A stretch of 64,000 nt of DNA from the NCBI GenBank assembly GCA_046583355.1, contig JAYGCM010000004.1, positions 20,232 to 84,231 of the forward strand. The letters run 5' to 3'. The notes beneath the pieces are model-generated. The model was given only the letters and a program-made list of their open reading frames with translations, did not search any database and had not been told where the DNA came from. Of this stretch, positions 43,883 to 54,279 are shown in pieces (positions within the stretch are counted from its first letter, which is position 1; the number at the start of each line of letters is the position of its first letter). This DNA is from Deltaproteobacteria bacterium (GTDB lineage: Bacteria > Desulfobacterota > Binatia > UBA12015). A program made the translations under genes and the position numbers.

Positions 43883-46287
43883 GCATGCTCGCGCTACTCC
43901 TGGTTCTTCTCTTGGCTGCGCCGCCCGCATTGGCGGTGGATTTCCTCGGCGACGCGTTGTCCGGGCGTCGCAATGAATCCGAGGGCATTGCCGTCGATGC
44001 GGATTCGATCATCTTCGATCAGGAGAGCGGTATCCTGGAGGCGAAGGGGGATGTCGTCATCACCAACGGCGAGACCTTGCTGGTGGCCGATGAAATCGAG
44101 ATCAATCGGGCGACCTCGGAGGCCTCGGCGCGAGGCCGAGTTGTCTTGGAGGATGCCTCGGTGCGTGTCCGCGCCTCGCGCATGGTGCTCAACCTCGACG
44201 ACGAGACCGGCATTCTGGACGAGGCCGAGATATATATGCCGCTCACGCGCTTTCAGATGCGCGGCCGCTGGATGGCCAAGGGGCACGGCCAGACCTACCG
44301 GATCCGCGATGGCTCTTTGACGACCTGTCAATGCGATGAGGGTGCGCCGGATTGGAGCATTACCAGCGGGGAACTCGACATCGATGCCGACGGATGGGGG
44401 CATATCCGCGACGGCGTTTTTCGGATCAAGGACGTGCCGGTTTTTTATCTCCCCTGGGCGATGGTGCCGGTGCGCAAGGAGAGTCAATCCGGCTTGTTGT
44501 TCCCGCAATTCGGTCTCTCGAATCGCCGCGGCTTCCAATATGTCCAGCCCTTCCTCTGGGAGATCAACAAAAGCCAGGACCTGAAGGTGACCTTCGATAT
44601 CCAGACCTCGGCGCGGATCGGCCTGCTGGGGGATTACCGCTATATGCTCTCGCCGGAGGCCGGTGGTCGGCTCTCCGTCAGCTATTTCAATGAGCATATC
44701 CGCGGTGATGGGGAACAGGATATCGTCGACCCCGAAGAGCTCGCCGACCCGACGATCCCGGAGAATCGTTGGAGCGTCATCGGCCAGCATCGCCAGTCCG
44801 GCCCGTGGGGGAGCGAGCTTTATGCTCGTCCCTTCCTGGTGAGCGATAGCCTCTTCCTGCGCGAGATGAACACGCTGACCAATCTGCCCGGACGTGTGCT
44901 CAACCTGACGACCCTGCGCTATACCACCTCGGAAATTGGTGGTTTGAAGCGCCTCGACAACGGGTTCCTCAAGGCCGAGGCCGTCTGGTTCCAGGACCTG
45001 ATCGACGAACAGGCTCGTGTCCCGCAGCCTCTGCCCAGGATCACCCTGAACCAGCAGGCCAACTTCTTCGGCGGGCGCCTGCGCCTCGGATTGAATTCGC
45101 AGGCGGTTTATTATCATCGCGATGAATGGGCCTCGGGAGGGCGCATTCATCTGGCTCCCGAGGTGAGCGTCCCCTACAATATCGGTTCCTACGGCTATGG
45201 CTCGCTGCGCGTCGTGCTGCAGGAAACCGCCTATTGGCTCAATGATACCGAGCTTCCGATCTGGCCTCCGGTAGGCGGAGAATACGAGACCCGCAACGTC
45301 TCGAGTTTTCAGCATCGGGAGACGGTGCAGGTTCAGGCGAATTTCAATACCGAATTGGCGCGCGTCTTCGATATTCAGCGTGGCGACCTGCTGAAGATAA
45401 AGCATGTGATCCAGCCCTATCTCGCCTATAATTACAGTCCGACCGTCCATCAGGCCGACCTCCCGCTTTGGGATTATATCGATCGAGTCAACTATCGAAA
45501 CTTGATCACCTATGGTGTTTCGACACGTCTGCTCGGGAAGTTCAGCCGCGGTGGGCCGGCAGCTTTGCGGGTTCCTCCGGTCGGCGCGACCGAGGGCGAT
45601 GCTTTGCTCGGCGACGAAGGTTCCGGGCCGCCGGCGGCGCCGGAGCCGGCGTTCTCGCGGCCGACGGAGGTCCGCGAACTCGCGCGCCTCTATGTTCAGC
45701 AGAGCTACTCGCTGCGGCGCCCCCTGATCGGGACCGAGGATACTCGCTCCGCGCATTTCTCCGGGGTGGATCTCGGATTGCGCGTGTCGCCGGTGAATTG
45801 GGCGGCCTTGCGTAGCCGGGCGATTGTCTCGGTAGTGGATCGCAAGCTCCTCTTTGCCGAAGTCGGCGCGCATCTCTTCGACCCACGGCCCCGAGCCGGC
45901 ACCGAAGATACTTTCTTGCCAGGCCTGCGCCCGGTGAACTCGGCCAGTCTTTTCTACCAATTCAATTCTGGTGGGACGCTTGAGAATATCAATTTGGGGG
46001 CCACCTACCGTTTCACCGACCACCTTTCGGCGTCTTATCTCGGGCGCTTCGATGTGACCGATGGCCGCTTCCTGGAAAATTGGGGTGGGATGCGGCTGAT
46101 CTCTTTCGGGGATTGCTGGGTGATCGATGTCGCCTTCGTGGACCGGGTCAATCCTGATGAGAAGGAATTCCGTTTCCAGGTATCCCTGGTCGGGCTTGGC
46201 TCCTTCGGTCAATCCCCTTTCCGCGAATTTACCTCGAGCTTTCCGACGGTCGTCGGCTCCGGGGCTGCGTTGGGCGGGATGTATTGA
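43879..46287 (+). CDS. lptD: LPS assembly protein LptD
   Basis: Signal peptide, OstA-like N-domain, TTC..PDW, PVFYLP, SGLLFP, beta-barrel-like C-terminus ...DCW. Confidence 0.88.
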   Translation: MSMLALLLVLLLAAPPALAVDFLGDALSGRRNESEGIAVDADSIIFDQESGILEAKGDVVITNGETLLVADEIEINRATSEASARGRVVLEDASVRVRASRMVLNLDDETGILDEAEIYMPLTRFQMRGRWMAKGHGQTYRIRDGSLTTCQCDEGAPDWSITSGELDIDADGWGHIRDGVFRIKDVPVFYLPWAMVPVRKESQSGLLFPQFGLSNRRGFQYVQPFLWEINKSQDLKVTFDIQTSARIGLLGDYRYMLSPEAGGRLSVSYFNEHIRGDGEQDIVDPEELADPTIPENRWSVIGQHRQSGPWGSELYARPFLVSDSLFLREMNTLTNLPGRVLNLTTLRYTTSEIGGLKRLDNGFLKAEAVWFQDLIDEQARVPQPLPRITLNQQANFFGGRLRLGLNSQAVYYHRDEWASGGRIHLAPEVSVPYNIGSYGYGSLRVVLQETAYWLNDTELPIWPPVGGEYETRNVSSFQHRETVQVQANFNTELARVFDIQRGDLLKIKHVIQPYLAYNYSPTVHQADLPLWDYIDRVNYRNLITYGVSTRLLGKFSRGGPAALRVPPVGATEGDALLGDEGSGPPAAPEPAFSRPTEVRELARLYVQQSYSLRRPLIGTEDTRSAHFSGVDLGLRVSPVNWAALRSRAIVSVVDRKLLFAEVGAHLFDPRPRAGTEDTFLPGLRPVNSASLFYQFNSGGTLENINLGATYRFTDHLSASYLGRFDVTDGRFLENWGGMRLISFGDCWVIDVAFVDRVNPDEKEFRFQVSLVGLGSFGQSPFREFTSSFPTVVGSGAALGGMY

Positions 46288-47219
46288 GCCAGCCGCATCC
46301 GCCGCCCCCCGTGGTCTCGGTCGTGGTACCGGCCTGGCGCGCGGAGGCGAGCATTGCCGGCTGTCTGGAATCGCTCACGCGGCAGCAGGGAGCGCCGCCA
46401 TTCGAGGTGGTGGTCGTCGATAGTTCCCCCGACCAGGCTACCGGGCGCGCAGTGGCGCCCTTTGCGCGGGAGCAGGGCGGCGGACTCGACCTCCATTATC
46501 TGCATCTCGAGAGCCGTGCTTTTCCCGGCACGGCGCGTAACCGTGGCGTTGCGCTGGCGCGTGCGCCCTTTTTGCTCTTCCTCGATGCCGATGTCCGCGC
46601 GGCACCGGACCTTCTGGGCAAGGCAGCCGAGGCGCTGGCGCGGCGCGAGGTGGTTGTCGGGGGCCGAATCGAGTTGGGGGCTGCGCGGTCTGTCTCGGCC
46701 CGTCTGCGGCATATTTTTGAGTTCAAAGAGAGTATGCCGGGTTCTCCGGCACGCCCGACCTGGCAATTGCCGAGCGCCTGCCTCGCCTTGCCCCGCTCTC
46801 TCTTCGTGGCGGCAGGCGGTTTCCCGGACCTGCGGGCCTCGGAAGATTGGCTCTTCAACTGGCGGCTCTGGGAGAGCGGAACACGGATGTGTTTCGACCC
46901 GGCATTGCGCGTCGTGCATGAGACGCGTGCGGGTTGGGTGGAATTCCTGAGCTACGCAGGCGTTCTCGGGCATGCCTCGGGTGTGGTGCGCCGCCAGGCC
47001 GGATTACCTGGCCAGGCCGTCGTGCGCTGGCCGTTGCTGGCCGGGCTTCTGCCTCTGGCGCGCACCGGGCGCGCGTTGGTCTGGTGCGCGCGCTATGCGC
47101 GGCGTGATTTCCTGCTCCTTTGCTGGGCTTGGCCGGCCTACCTCGCGGTGGCTTCGGTATGGGCTGTCGCGTTTCGTCGAGGTGTCCTCGATTTGCCAGC
47201 GACGCGTCCGGAGAGTTAG
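46284..47219 (+). CDS. Glycosyltransferase family 2
   Basis: VSVVVP, VVVDSS, ARNRG, FLDAD, GGF..EDW. Confidence 0.88.
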   Translation: MSQPHPPPPVVSVVVPAWRAEASIAGCLESLTRQQGAPPFEVVVVDSSPDQATGRAVAPFAREQGGGLDLHYLHLESRAFPGTARNRGVALARAPFLLFLDADVRAAPDLLGKAAEALARREVVVGGRIELGAARSVSARLRHIFEFKESMPGSPARPTWQLPSACLALPRSLFVAAGGFPDLRASEDWLFNWRLWESGTRMCFDPALRVVHETRAGWVEFLSYAGVLGHASGVVRRQAGLPGQAVVRWPLLAGLLPLARTGRALVWCARYARRDFLLLCWAWPAYLAVASVWAVAFRRGVLDLPATRPES

Positions 47220-47229
47220 ACCAAGCATC

Positions 47230-47577
47230 ATGAAACGCGTCGACAAACCTTGGGGTCATGAACTCATCTGGGCTCATACCGATCGCTATGTAGGTAAAAT
47301 TCTTCATATTGAGGCGGGCCAGGCCTTGTCGTTGCAATTCCACGAGAAGAAAGACGAGACGATCTACGTTCTCTCCGGCAAGCTTCGCTTCGAGCATGGT
47401 GAGCCGGGCGACGGTCCGCTGACCGAAGTCATTCTGGGGGAGGGCGAGGTCTTCCACATCAAGCCGCATCATCGCCACCGGATGATCGGCGAGACGGATT
47501 GCGATATTCTTGAAGTCTCGACGCCGGAACTCGACGATGTCGTGCGTCTCGAAGACCGCTATGGCCGCGTCGTCTGA
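47230..47577 (+). CDS. Stand-alone cupin, type II phosphomannose-isomerase-like domain
   Basis: [24 protein letters not shown]. Confidence 0.8.
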   Translation: MKRVDKPWGHELIWAHTDRYVGKILHIEAGQALSLQFHEKKDETIYVLSGKLRFEHGEPGDGPLTEVILGEGEVFHIKPHHRHRMIGETDCDILEVSTPELDDVVRLEDRYGRVV

Positions 47578-47587
47578 GGATCCGAAG

Positions 47588-48562
47588 GTGTCGCAAAAAA
47601 CAGCCATCATTTCCGGTATTACCGGCCAGGACGGATCGTATTTGGCCGAACTCCTTTTGGCGCAGGGCTACCGCGTCGTCGGCATCGTGCGCCGCTCCAG
47701 CACCGAGAACTTCATCCGGATTGAACATATCCGCGATCGCATCGAGTTGGAGCAGGCCGATCTTCTCGACCAATATTCGCTGATCGATGTGGTCTCCAGG
47801 ACCCGTCCCGACGAGGTCTATAACCTCGCGGCCATGTCCTTTGTGCCGACCTCGTGGACGCAGCCGGTCCTGACCGCCGAATATGATGCGGTGGGTGTGG
47901 TGCGCATGCTGGAGGCCATCCGTTTGGTCGACACCAATATTCGTTTCTACCAGGCTTCGTCGAGCGAAATGTTCGGCAAGGTGCAGGAGGTTCCGCAGAA
48001 GGAGTCGACGCCCTTCTATCCGCGAAGCCCCTACGGTGTAGCCAAGGTATATGGGCATTATATCACCTTGAACTACCGTGAGAGCTACAATCTTTTTGCT
48101 TGTTCCGGGATTCTTTTCAACCACGAATCGCCGCGGCGTGGCAAGGAATTCGTCACCCGCAAGGTCACCGACCATGTCGCACGGATCAAGCTCGGGTTGA
48201 TCGACGAGATCCGGCTGGGGAACCTCGAGGCGCGTCGCGATTGGGGCTTTGCCGGAGATTATGTTCGCGCCATGTGGCTGATGCTGCAAGAGGACACGCC
48301 CGACGATTACGTCATCGCGACCGGGGTGCAGCATACGGTGGGCGAATTGGTCGAAGTTGCTTTTTCCCATGCCGGACTCGATTGGCAGAAATACGTCAAG
48401 CAGGACCCGGCTCTGATCCGCCCGGCCGAGGTTGAGACCCTGCTGGGCGATGCGAGTCATGCTGCTTCGAAATTGGGCTGGAAGCCGGAGGTTTCGTTCG
48501 AGCAATTGGTCCAGGGAATGGTCGATTCGGATATCGCCTTGCATACGGCGGCGCTCCGCTGA
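47588..48562 (+). CDS. gmd: GDP-mannose 4,6-dehydratase
   Basis: [38 protein letters not shown]. Confidence 0.96.
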   Translation: MSQKTAIISGITGQDGSYLAELLLAQGYRVVGIVRRSSTENFIRIEHIRDRIELEQADLLDQYSLIDVVSRTRPDEVYNLAAMSFVPTSWTQPVLTAEYDAVGVVRMLEAIRLVDTNIRFYQASSSEMFGKVQEVPQKESTPFYPRSPYGVAKVYGHYITLNYRESYNLFACSGILFNHESPRRGKEFVTRKVTDHVARIKLGLIDEIRLGNLEARRDWGFAGDYVRAMWLMLQEDTPDDYVIATGVQHTVGELVEVAFSHAGLDWQKYVKQDPALIRPAEVETLLGDASHAASKLGWKPEVSFEQLVQGMVDSDIALHTAALR

Positions 48563-48569
48563 GCAGCCG

Positions 48570-49511
48570 ATGAAGGTTCTCGTTTTTGGCGCTACGGGAT
48601 TTGCTGGTCAGCACCTCGCCACGGCATTGCGGGCCGCGGGCCATGAGATGCACGGCGCCGCCCGGACCCCGGCCAAGGTCGCCGGCACCGACGAAATCCC
48701 TGTTTCCGCTTGCGACGTTCGCGACGCCGAGGGCGTTGCTACCCTGATCGAGAAGGTCGTACCCGATGCCATCATCAATCTGGCCGGGCTCGCTTCTTCG
48801 CCGGCGGCGCATCGCGATCCGGCGCAGGCGTTTGAGATCCATACCCTCGGTGCCGTGCATATCATGGAGGCAGTCGCCGCCCGCGACGCCGCTCCGCGGG
48901 TAGTGATCATCACCTCGAGTGAACTCTACGGCACGATTGATGAGGCCGCGCTTCCGCTCACCGAAGAGATGGCGCTGCGTCCGACGACGATCTATGCCGC
49001 AAGCAAGGCGGCGGCCGACCTGGCGACCCGCTCCTTTGCCATGGCGAAGGATGTCGACGTCGTTTGTTTGCGCCCCTTCAACCACACCGGCCCAGGGCAG
49101 CGGCCGGTTTTTGTTTGTCCCGATTTTGCGTCGCAGGTCGCAGCGATTGCCCGCGGCGAACGCGAGCCGCGGATTGAGGTCGGCAATATCGATGTCGTGC
49201 GCGATTTCAGCGATGTCCGCGATATCACGCGTGGCTATGTTGCCGCGCTGGACCACGGTCGTGCAGGTGGCGTCTACAACCTCTGCTCCGGCCGCGGCGT
49301 TTCGATCCGCTCGATGCTCGAAGACCTCTGCGAGATTGCCGGCGTCCAGCCGGAAATATGTACGGCAGAGGAGCGCTGGCGCCCGGCCGAGGTCCCTCGC
49401 TATTGGGGTAGTGCGGCGGCCGCCGCGCGTGAACTCGATTGGGTGCCGCAGATTCCCTGGCGCCAGACTCTTGAGGACCTCTACGCGAGCTTCGCGCGGG
49501 GCCCTGGATGA
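48570..49511 (+). CDS. rmd: GDP-4-keto-6-deoxy-D-mannose reductase (Rmd/Tld-like)
   Basis: GATGFAG, SSELYG, YAASK, RPFNHTGPGQ, RDFSDVRD; adjacent to gmd. Confidence 0.75.
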   Translation: MKVLVFGATGFAGQHLATALRAAGHEMHGAARTPAKVAGTDEIPVSACDVRDAEGVATLIEKVVPDAIINLAGLASSPAAHRDPAQAFEIHTLGAVHIMEAVAARDAAPRVVIITSSELYGTIDEAALPLTEEMALRPTTIYAASKAAADLATRSFAMAKDVDVVCLRPFNHTGPGQRPVFVCPDFASQVAAIARGEREPRIEVGNIDVVRDFSDVRDITRGYVAALDHGRAGGVYNLCSGRGVSIRSMLEDLCEIAGVQPEICTAEERWRPAEVPRYWGSAAAAARELDWVPQIPWRQTLEDLYASFARGPG

Positions 49512-50629
49512 CGCTGGCGGCCCCGGAGCCGAGCATGGTGCGCGCCGAAGCGCTCGGCAAGGCATTCCCGCAACGAGCGGGATTGCGTTCGTTCTGGAAG
49601 GGCGCCATCGGGCCGGGCGCGCGCTTCGCCGTGGACGACGTTTCCTTCATCTTGACGCGCGGCGAAGCGCTGGGCGTGATCGGTGCCAACGGAGCGGGCA
49701 AAAGCACATTGCTGCGCCTGATTGCTGGTCTGACGCGGCCGACGCGAGGGCATATCGAAACATCCGGACGGCTCGCCTGCCTGCTCGATCTCTCGGCCGG
49801 CCTGGTGGCGGAATGGAGTGGGGCGGAGAATGCCGTCGCCGGACTCCGTCTGCAGGGCGTAGGGGCTGCGGAGGTTCCCGCCCGACTTGATGAAGTGCGG
49901 GAATTCGCCGAACTCGGACGCCATTGGCACGAAGCTTTGCGCACTTGGTCGGCCGGCATGCGGCTGCGCCTGGGCTACGCATTGGCGATTGCGGGAGATC
50001 CTGAAGTTTTCGTGGTTGACGAGATTCTGGCCGTTGGTGACGAGGCTTTTGCCCGCAAATGTTCGTTGCATGTGAGTGGCTTCCTCGAGCGCGGTGGCAC
50101 TTTGGTCCTGGCCTCGCACAACCTCTACCAGGTCGAGAAGCTTTGCCGCTCGGCCCTTTGGCTGAGCGGTGGGCGGGTTGCTGCCAGCGGCACTAGCCGC
50201 GATGTGACGGGCGCCTACCGCGAATGGGTCGACGCCCGCGCGTCCTTCGCGCCACCTGTGCCGGCCGCCTCGCCTGGCGGTGACGGTCGGCTGCGCCTGG
50301 TCGGGCAGCCGCGTACGGGTGTCACGGTCGAGGTGTCCTTTGCCGAGCCGGTTCGCCTGCACATCGACGCGACGGGGCTTGCTGCCGACGGGCTCCTGCT
50401 TGAGGTCCGCCGGCCCAGCGGCGCGCTGGTCGCGGCGATTGATTTGCCGGGCAGCGGCGAGCTCGAGATCGAAGGCAGCCGGCTCCTGCCCGGCGGCTAC
50501 CGTCTGCACTTGGTCGGTCCCGGCGGCGAGGTGCTCGACGTAACCGAGATCCGCGTAATCGGGGACCGGCGCGAGCTTGGCAGCGTCTACCTGGAGCATG
50601 AGTGGGCGGCGGCTGCGTGCGCGGATTGA
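49508..50629 (+). CDS. wzt: Polysaccharide ABC exporter ATPase (Wzt-like, copy 1)
   Basis: GANGAGKST, WSAGMRLRLGY, VDEILAVGD, SH; C-terminal extension. Confidence 0.88.
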   Translation: MTLAAPEPSMVRAEALGKAFPQRAGLRSFWKGAIGPGARFAVDDVSFILTRGEALGVIGANGAGKSTLLRLIAGLTRPTRGHIETSGRLACLLDLSAGLVAEWSGAENAVAGLRLQGVGAAEVPARLDEVREFAELGRHWHEALRTWSAGMRLRLGYALAIAGDPEVFVVDEILAVGDEAFARKCSLHVSGFLERGGTLVLASHNLYQVEKLCRSALWLSGGRVAASGTSRDVTGAYREWVDARASFAPPVPAASPGGDGRLRLVGQPRTGVTVEVSFAEPVRLHIDATGLAADGLLLEVRRPSGALVAAIDLPGSGELEIEGSRLLPGGYRLHLVGPGGEVLDVTEIRVIGDRRELGSVYLEHEWAAAACAD

Positions 50630-51429
50630 TCGCGCGCTCGCAGGCGACCTTTGCGGCTGTGGCCGGCAACCTGCCGCTCCTGCTCGAGCTGATTCGCCGT
50701 GACATCCGCGGACGGTTTGCCGGCGCACGCTTTGGTCTTTTTTGGTCGCTCTTCAACCCGGCGATTCAGCTGCTCTCCTACGGCTTGATTTTCGGATTTC
50801 TCTACGGCTCTTCGGACCCCCTGCGCCGATCGGTGCTGGTTTCCTCGCTCTTTTGTGGGCTCTTCCCCTGGTGGGCCTTCCAGGAGGGGACCACCCGCGG
50901 GATGGCGGCGCTGGTCGATCAGGCCAGCTTGCTCAAGCGCATTCCTCTGCCGCCGGTCCTGCCGATCATCGCGGCGACGACCGCGTCTTTTATCCTGCAA
51001 ATGGTCGGTTTTCTGATCTTTCTTGCGGTCTTCAGCGCTGTCGGATTGCTTGTTCCCACCTCGGCTTGGCTCTGGCTACCCGGCGTCATGGGGCTGAGTC
51101 TGGTCTTCTCGCTGACGCTTGCCTTGCTCCTGGCACCGCTTTATCTGGTGGTCCGCGATACCCAGCATATCGTGACCGCGCTTTTGACCATCGGCTTTTT
51201 CGCCTCCCCGGTTCTCTATGAACTCGACTTTCTGCCCGCATCGCTGCGTTTCGCAGCCGCATGCAACCCGATGGCGGCGCTGCTCGGCTTCTACCGCGCG
51301 ATCGTGCTCGGCGGCGATCTGCCCGCGGCTATCTCGGTGGCGGCATTGGCGGTGGCAATCGGTCTCGCCTGGGTTCTGGCAATGTCGCTTGCCTCGCGCC
51401 TCGAGGGTCGCCTCGACGAATATTGGTAG
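50626..51429 (+). CDS. wzm: Polysaccharide ABC exporter permease (Wzm-like)
   Basis: RDIRGRFAG..GLFWSLFNP, RD..H, SPVLY, NP; about six TM segments; TTG overlaps the wzt stop. Confidence 0.9.
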   Translation: MIARSQATFAAVAGNLPLLLELIRRDIRGRFAGARFGLFWSLFNPAIQLLSYGLIFGFLYGSSDPLRRSVLVSSLFCGLFPWWAFQEGTTRGMAALVDQASLLKRIPLPPVLPIIAATTASFILQMVGFLIFLAVFSAVGLLVPTSAWLWLPGVMGLSLVFSLTLALLLAPLYLVVRDTQHIVTALLTIGFFASPVLYELDFLPASLRFAAACNPMAALLGFYRAIVLGGDLPAAISVAALAVAIGLAWVLAMSLASRLEGRLDEYW

Positions 51430-51502
51430 GCTTGCTGCGTCGAAACAGATAGCGGCCGCGCCATTTTGGCAGGGCGCCTCAAATGGACCCCCTTGCAGCG
51501 TC

Positions 51503-53218
51503 ATGGTACAAGCGGGGAAAGGGCTTGTTGGATTGGAAACCCCACTGAAATCACTGGAAGACGTACTCGTCGAGCGCGGCCGGGTCAGCGCGGACGATCT
51601 GCGCAAGATTCGCCGACTGCAGGAAGAGCGGGGCGAGCGCATTGAGAAGCTCTTGCTCGACCTCGGCTTCATCTCCGAGGAGGACCTGCTGCCGGTCTTC
51701 AGCGAGCATCTCGGCGTGCCGCTGGTCGGCCGCAGCGACCTGCCCGATGAGCCGATCGAGCTGCCGAACCTGAACGTCAAATTTCTCCGCAATGCTCGGA
51801 TTCTTCCCGTAGGAATCGCCGACGGCGTGATCCGTATGGCCATGACCGACCCGGCCGACCGCGATATGCTACAGGGCCTCGAGGTCGCCACGGGATGCCG
51901 CATCGCGCCACTGCTGGCCCGCGAAAAGGACATTCTGGAAGCGTTGGAAGCCTGCTACGGCGACGCCGAGACCGGCGGCGATGGCGAAGATGGTCTGGTG
52001 GAATTCCTTTCGGACGATGAAGAAGATGTCGATCATCTCCGGGATCTCGCCAGCGAGGCGCCCGTCATCCGCTTCGTCAATGTTCTGATCAACCGCGCCG
52101 TCGAGGCGCGGGCCTCGGATATTCATATCGAGCCTTTCGAGAACCAACTTCAGGTCCGCTACCGCGTCGACGGCGTCCTGCATCCGATCGAGTCGCCGCA
52201 GCGCCGACTCCAGGCGGCCATCGTGTCGCGTATCAAGATCATGGCGAAGCTGAATATCGCCGAGCGACGGCTGCCGCAGGATGGCCGCATCAAGCTGCGC
52301 ATGCTCGGCAAGGAGATCGACCTCCGCGTCTCGACGCTGCCGACTCTATACGGTGAGAGCGTCGTCTTGCGTATCCTCGACCAGGATTCCATCGTTCTCG
52401 ACCTGCAAAAACTCGGATTTCCCGGCGATACGTTGGTGCATTGGGACGAGATGATCGTCAAGCCCTACGGGCTGATTCTGGTGACCGGCCCGACCGGCAG
52501 CGGCAAGACCACCACGCTTTACGGCTCGCTCGCCAAGGTGAACTCGCCGGATAAGAAAATCGTCACGATTGAAGATCCGGTCGAGTATCAACTGGATGGC
52601 GTCAATCAGATCCACGTCAAGCCACAGATTGGTCTGACCTTCGCCAACGGCCTTCGTTCCATCGTGCGCCAGGATCCGGACGTCATCATGGTCGGTGAGA
52701 TTCGTGACGCCGAAACTGCGGAGATCGCGGTGCAAGCCGCGCTCACGGGCCATCTCGTCTTCTCGACATTGCATACCAACGACGCAGCGGGTGCGGTGGC
52801 GCGACTCCTTGAGATGGGTGTGGAGGATTACCTTCTGGCCTCGTCGCTCCTCGGCGTGCTGGCGCAACGCCTGGTGCGGAAAATCTGTCCGGAATGCCGG
52901 TATCAGACCGAGACATTGCTGCCGCCGGGGCTGGCTGGTCCGCACGGCGCGGCATCGGTCGGTGAAGATGCGCGTGCCTGGGAGGGCCGGGGCTGCGAGA
53001 ATTGCGGCAACTCCGGTTATCGTGGCCGCTCGGGGATCTACGAACTGCTGGTGGTCGATGATGCGATCCGGGATCTCATCCTGAAACATTCTTCTGCCGA
53101 CGCGATTCGCAACCAGGCAGTCCGGAGCAATATGCGGACGCTTCGCGAAGACGGTGCGCTCAATGCACGCGACGGCGCGACTACGGTGGCGGAGCTGATC
53201 CGTGTGACTCGCGATTGA
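51503..53218 (+). CDS. gspE: Type II secretion ATPase GspE/PulE family (alternative start TTG 51533)
   Basis: ASDIHIEP, RLPQDGR, GPTGSGKTT, TIEDPVEY, RQDPD, GEIRD, STLHTN, CPEC..CENC. Confidence 0.92.
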   Translation: MVQAGKGLVGLETPLKSLEDVLVERGRVSADDLRKIRRLQEERGERIEKLLLDLGFISEEDLLPVFSEHLGVPLVGRSDLPDEPIELPNLNVKFLRNARILPVGIADGVIRMAMTDPADRDMLQGLEVATGCRIAPLLAREKDILEALEACYGDAETGGDGEDGLVEFLSDDEEDVDHLRDLASEAPVIRFVNVLINRAVEARASDIHIEPFENQLQVRYRVDGVLHPIESPQRRLQAAIVSRIKIMAKLNIAERRLPQDGRIKLRMLGKEIDLRVSTLPTLYGESVVLRILDQDSIVLDLQKLGFPGDTLVHWDEMIVKPYGLILVTGPTGSGKTTTLYGSLAKVNSPDKKIVTIEDPVEYQLDGVNQIHVKPQIGLTFANGLRSIVRQDPDVIMVGEIRDAETAEIAVQAALTGHLVFSTLHTNDAAGAVARLLEMGVEDYLLASSLLGVLAQRLVRKICPECRYQTETLLPPGLAGPHGAASVGEDARAWEGRGCENCGNSGYRGRSGIYELLVVDDAIRDLILKHSSADAIRNQAVRSNMRTLREDGALNARDGATTVAELIRVTRD

Positions 53219-54279
53219 TGGATGCCGGGGCAACGCAGGAAGATGTTTTGCGGCCCTTGGGAGGCCCGGTGGCGGTTGACGATACCGCCGATCTGGAAGC
53301 GGTGGCCGGCCCGGATATTTCAATTGTCTCGCCGCTGCACAACGAAAGGGCGAGCCTCGGACTTCTTCTAGAAGAATGCTGCGCCGTGCTCGACGATGCA
53401 ACGCTGGATTGGTCGGCGCTGGGCACCCTGGCCGCGGGCGTCGCGCCGCGATGGGAAATCATTTTCGTTGATGACGGTTCCAACGATGGCTCGTGGCGGC
53501 TGATCGAGGAGTTGGCGGCCAGATGCGGCAATGTTCGCGCCTTTTGCCTGCGCCGCAATTCCGGCAAATCCGCCGCATTGCAGGTGGGGTTCTCGCATTG
53601 CCGTGCGCCCGTAGTGATTTCGCTGGATGCGGATCTACAGGACGATCCGCGGGAAATCCCACGTATGGTCGCTCTTCTGGGAGCGGGCTACGATCTTGTC
53701 AGCGGCTGGAAGCGCAAGCGCCGCGACTCTCCGGCTCGCGTGGCAGCTTCCCGCGCCTTCAACTTTGCCGTGCGCCGCTTCTGGGGCCTGGAGCTCCACG
53801 ATTTCAACTGCGGCTTCAAGGCTTACCGCGCCGAGGTCGTCCGCAATATGCGGATCTACGGCGAGTTGCATCGCTTCATTCCGGTCGTGGCTGCCTTCAA
53901 GGGCTTCCGTGTTGGCGAGATCGAAGTTGCGCATCGGCCACGGCGCTTCGGTCATTCGCGTTACGGCTGGGGGCGCGCCTTTCGCGGTCTGATGGATCTT
54001 TTGACGGTGCTCTTCTTGACCCGATTCGATATGCGACCAGCCCATTTCTTCGGGCTTCCGGGCGCGCTCCTGCTGACGGTCGGAATGTCGTGTGTCGCCT
54101 ATGTGAGCTATCTGCGTCTCGCCTATGGCGAGATTCTGGAACGCCACCCGCTCTTGATCTTCGGTGTGCTCTGCTCGCTTGCCGGCCTTCAATTGGTGAC
54201 CAGCGGGTTTCTCGGTGAGATGCTGGCGGCGCATCTGCCGCGCGACGAAAACTCGACCGTCATTCGCGCCCGGCTATAG
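53218..54279 (+). CDS. Polyprenyl-phosphate glycosyltransferase (ArnC/Dpm1-like GT2)
   Basis: VDDGSND, RNSGKS, DADLQDDP, DFNCGFKAYR, LHRFIP, two C-terminal TMs. Confidence 0.88.
   Translation: MDAGATQEDVLRPLGGPVAVDDTADLEAVAGPDISIVSPLHNERASLGLLLEECCAVLDDATLDWSALGTLAAGVAPRWEIIFVDDGSNDGSWRLIEELAARCGNVRAFCLRRNSGKSAALQVGFSHCRAPVVISLDADLQDDPREIPRMVALLGAGYDLVSGWKRKRRDSPARVAASRAFNFAVRRFWGLELHDFNCGFKAYRAEVVRNMRIYGELHRFIPVVAAFKGFRVGEIEVAHRPRRFGHSRYGWGRAFRGLMDLLTVLFLTRFDMRPAHFFGLPGALLLTVGMSCVAYVSYLRLAYGEILERHPLLIFGVLCSLAGLQLVTSGFLGEMLAAHLPRDENSTVIRARL

Noticed and set aside
51465..51500. sigma54-like TGG...TTGC upstream of gspE
   Set aside because: GG-to-GC spacing is not the required 10 nt
51218..51502. 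Long N-terminal extension of gspE in the ORF track
   Set aside because: Overlaps wzm and has no family features
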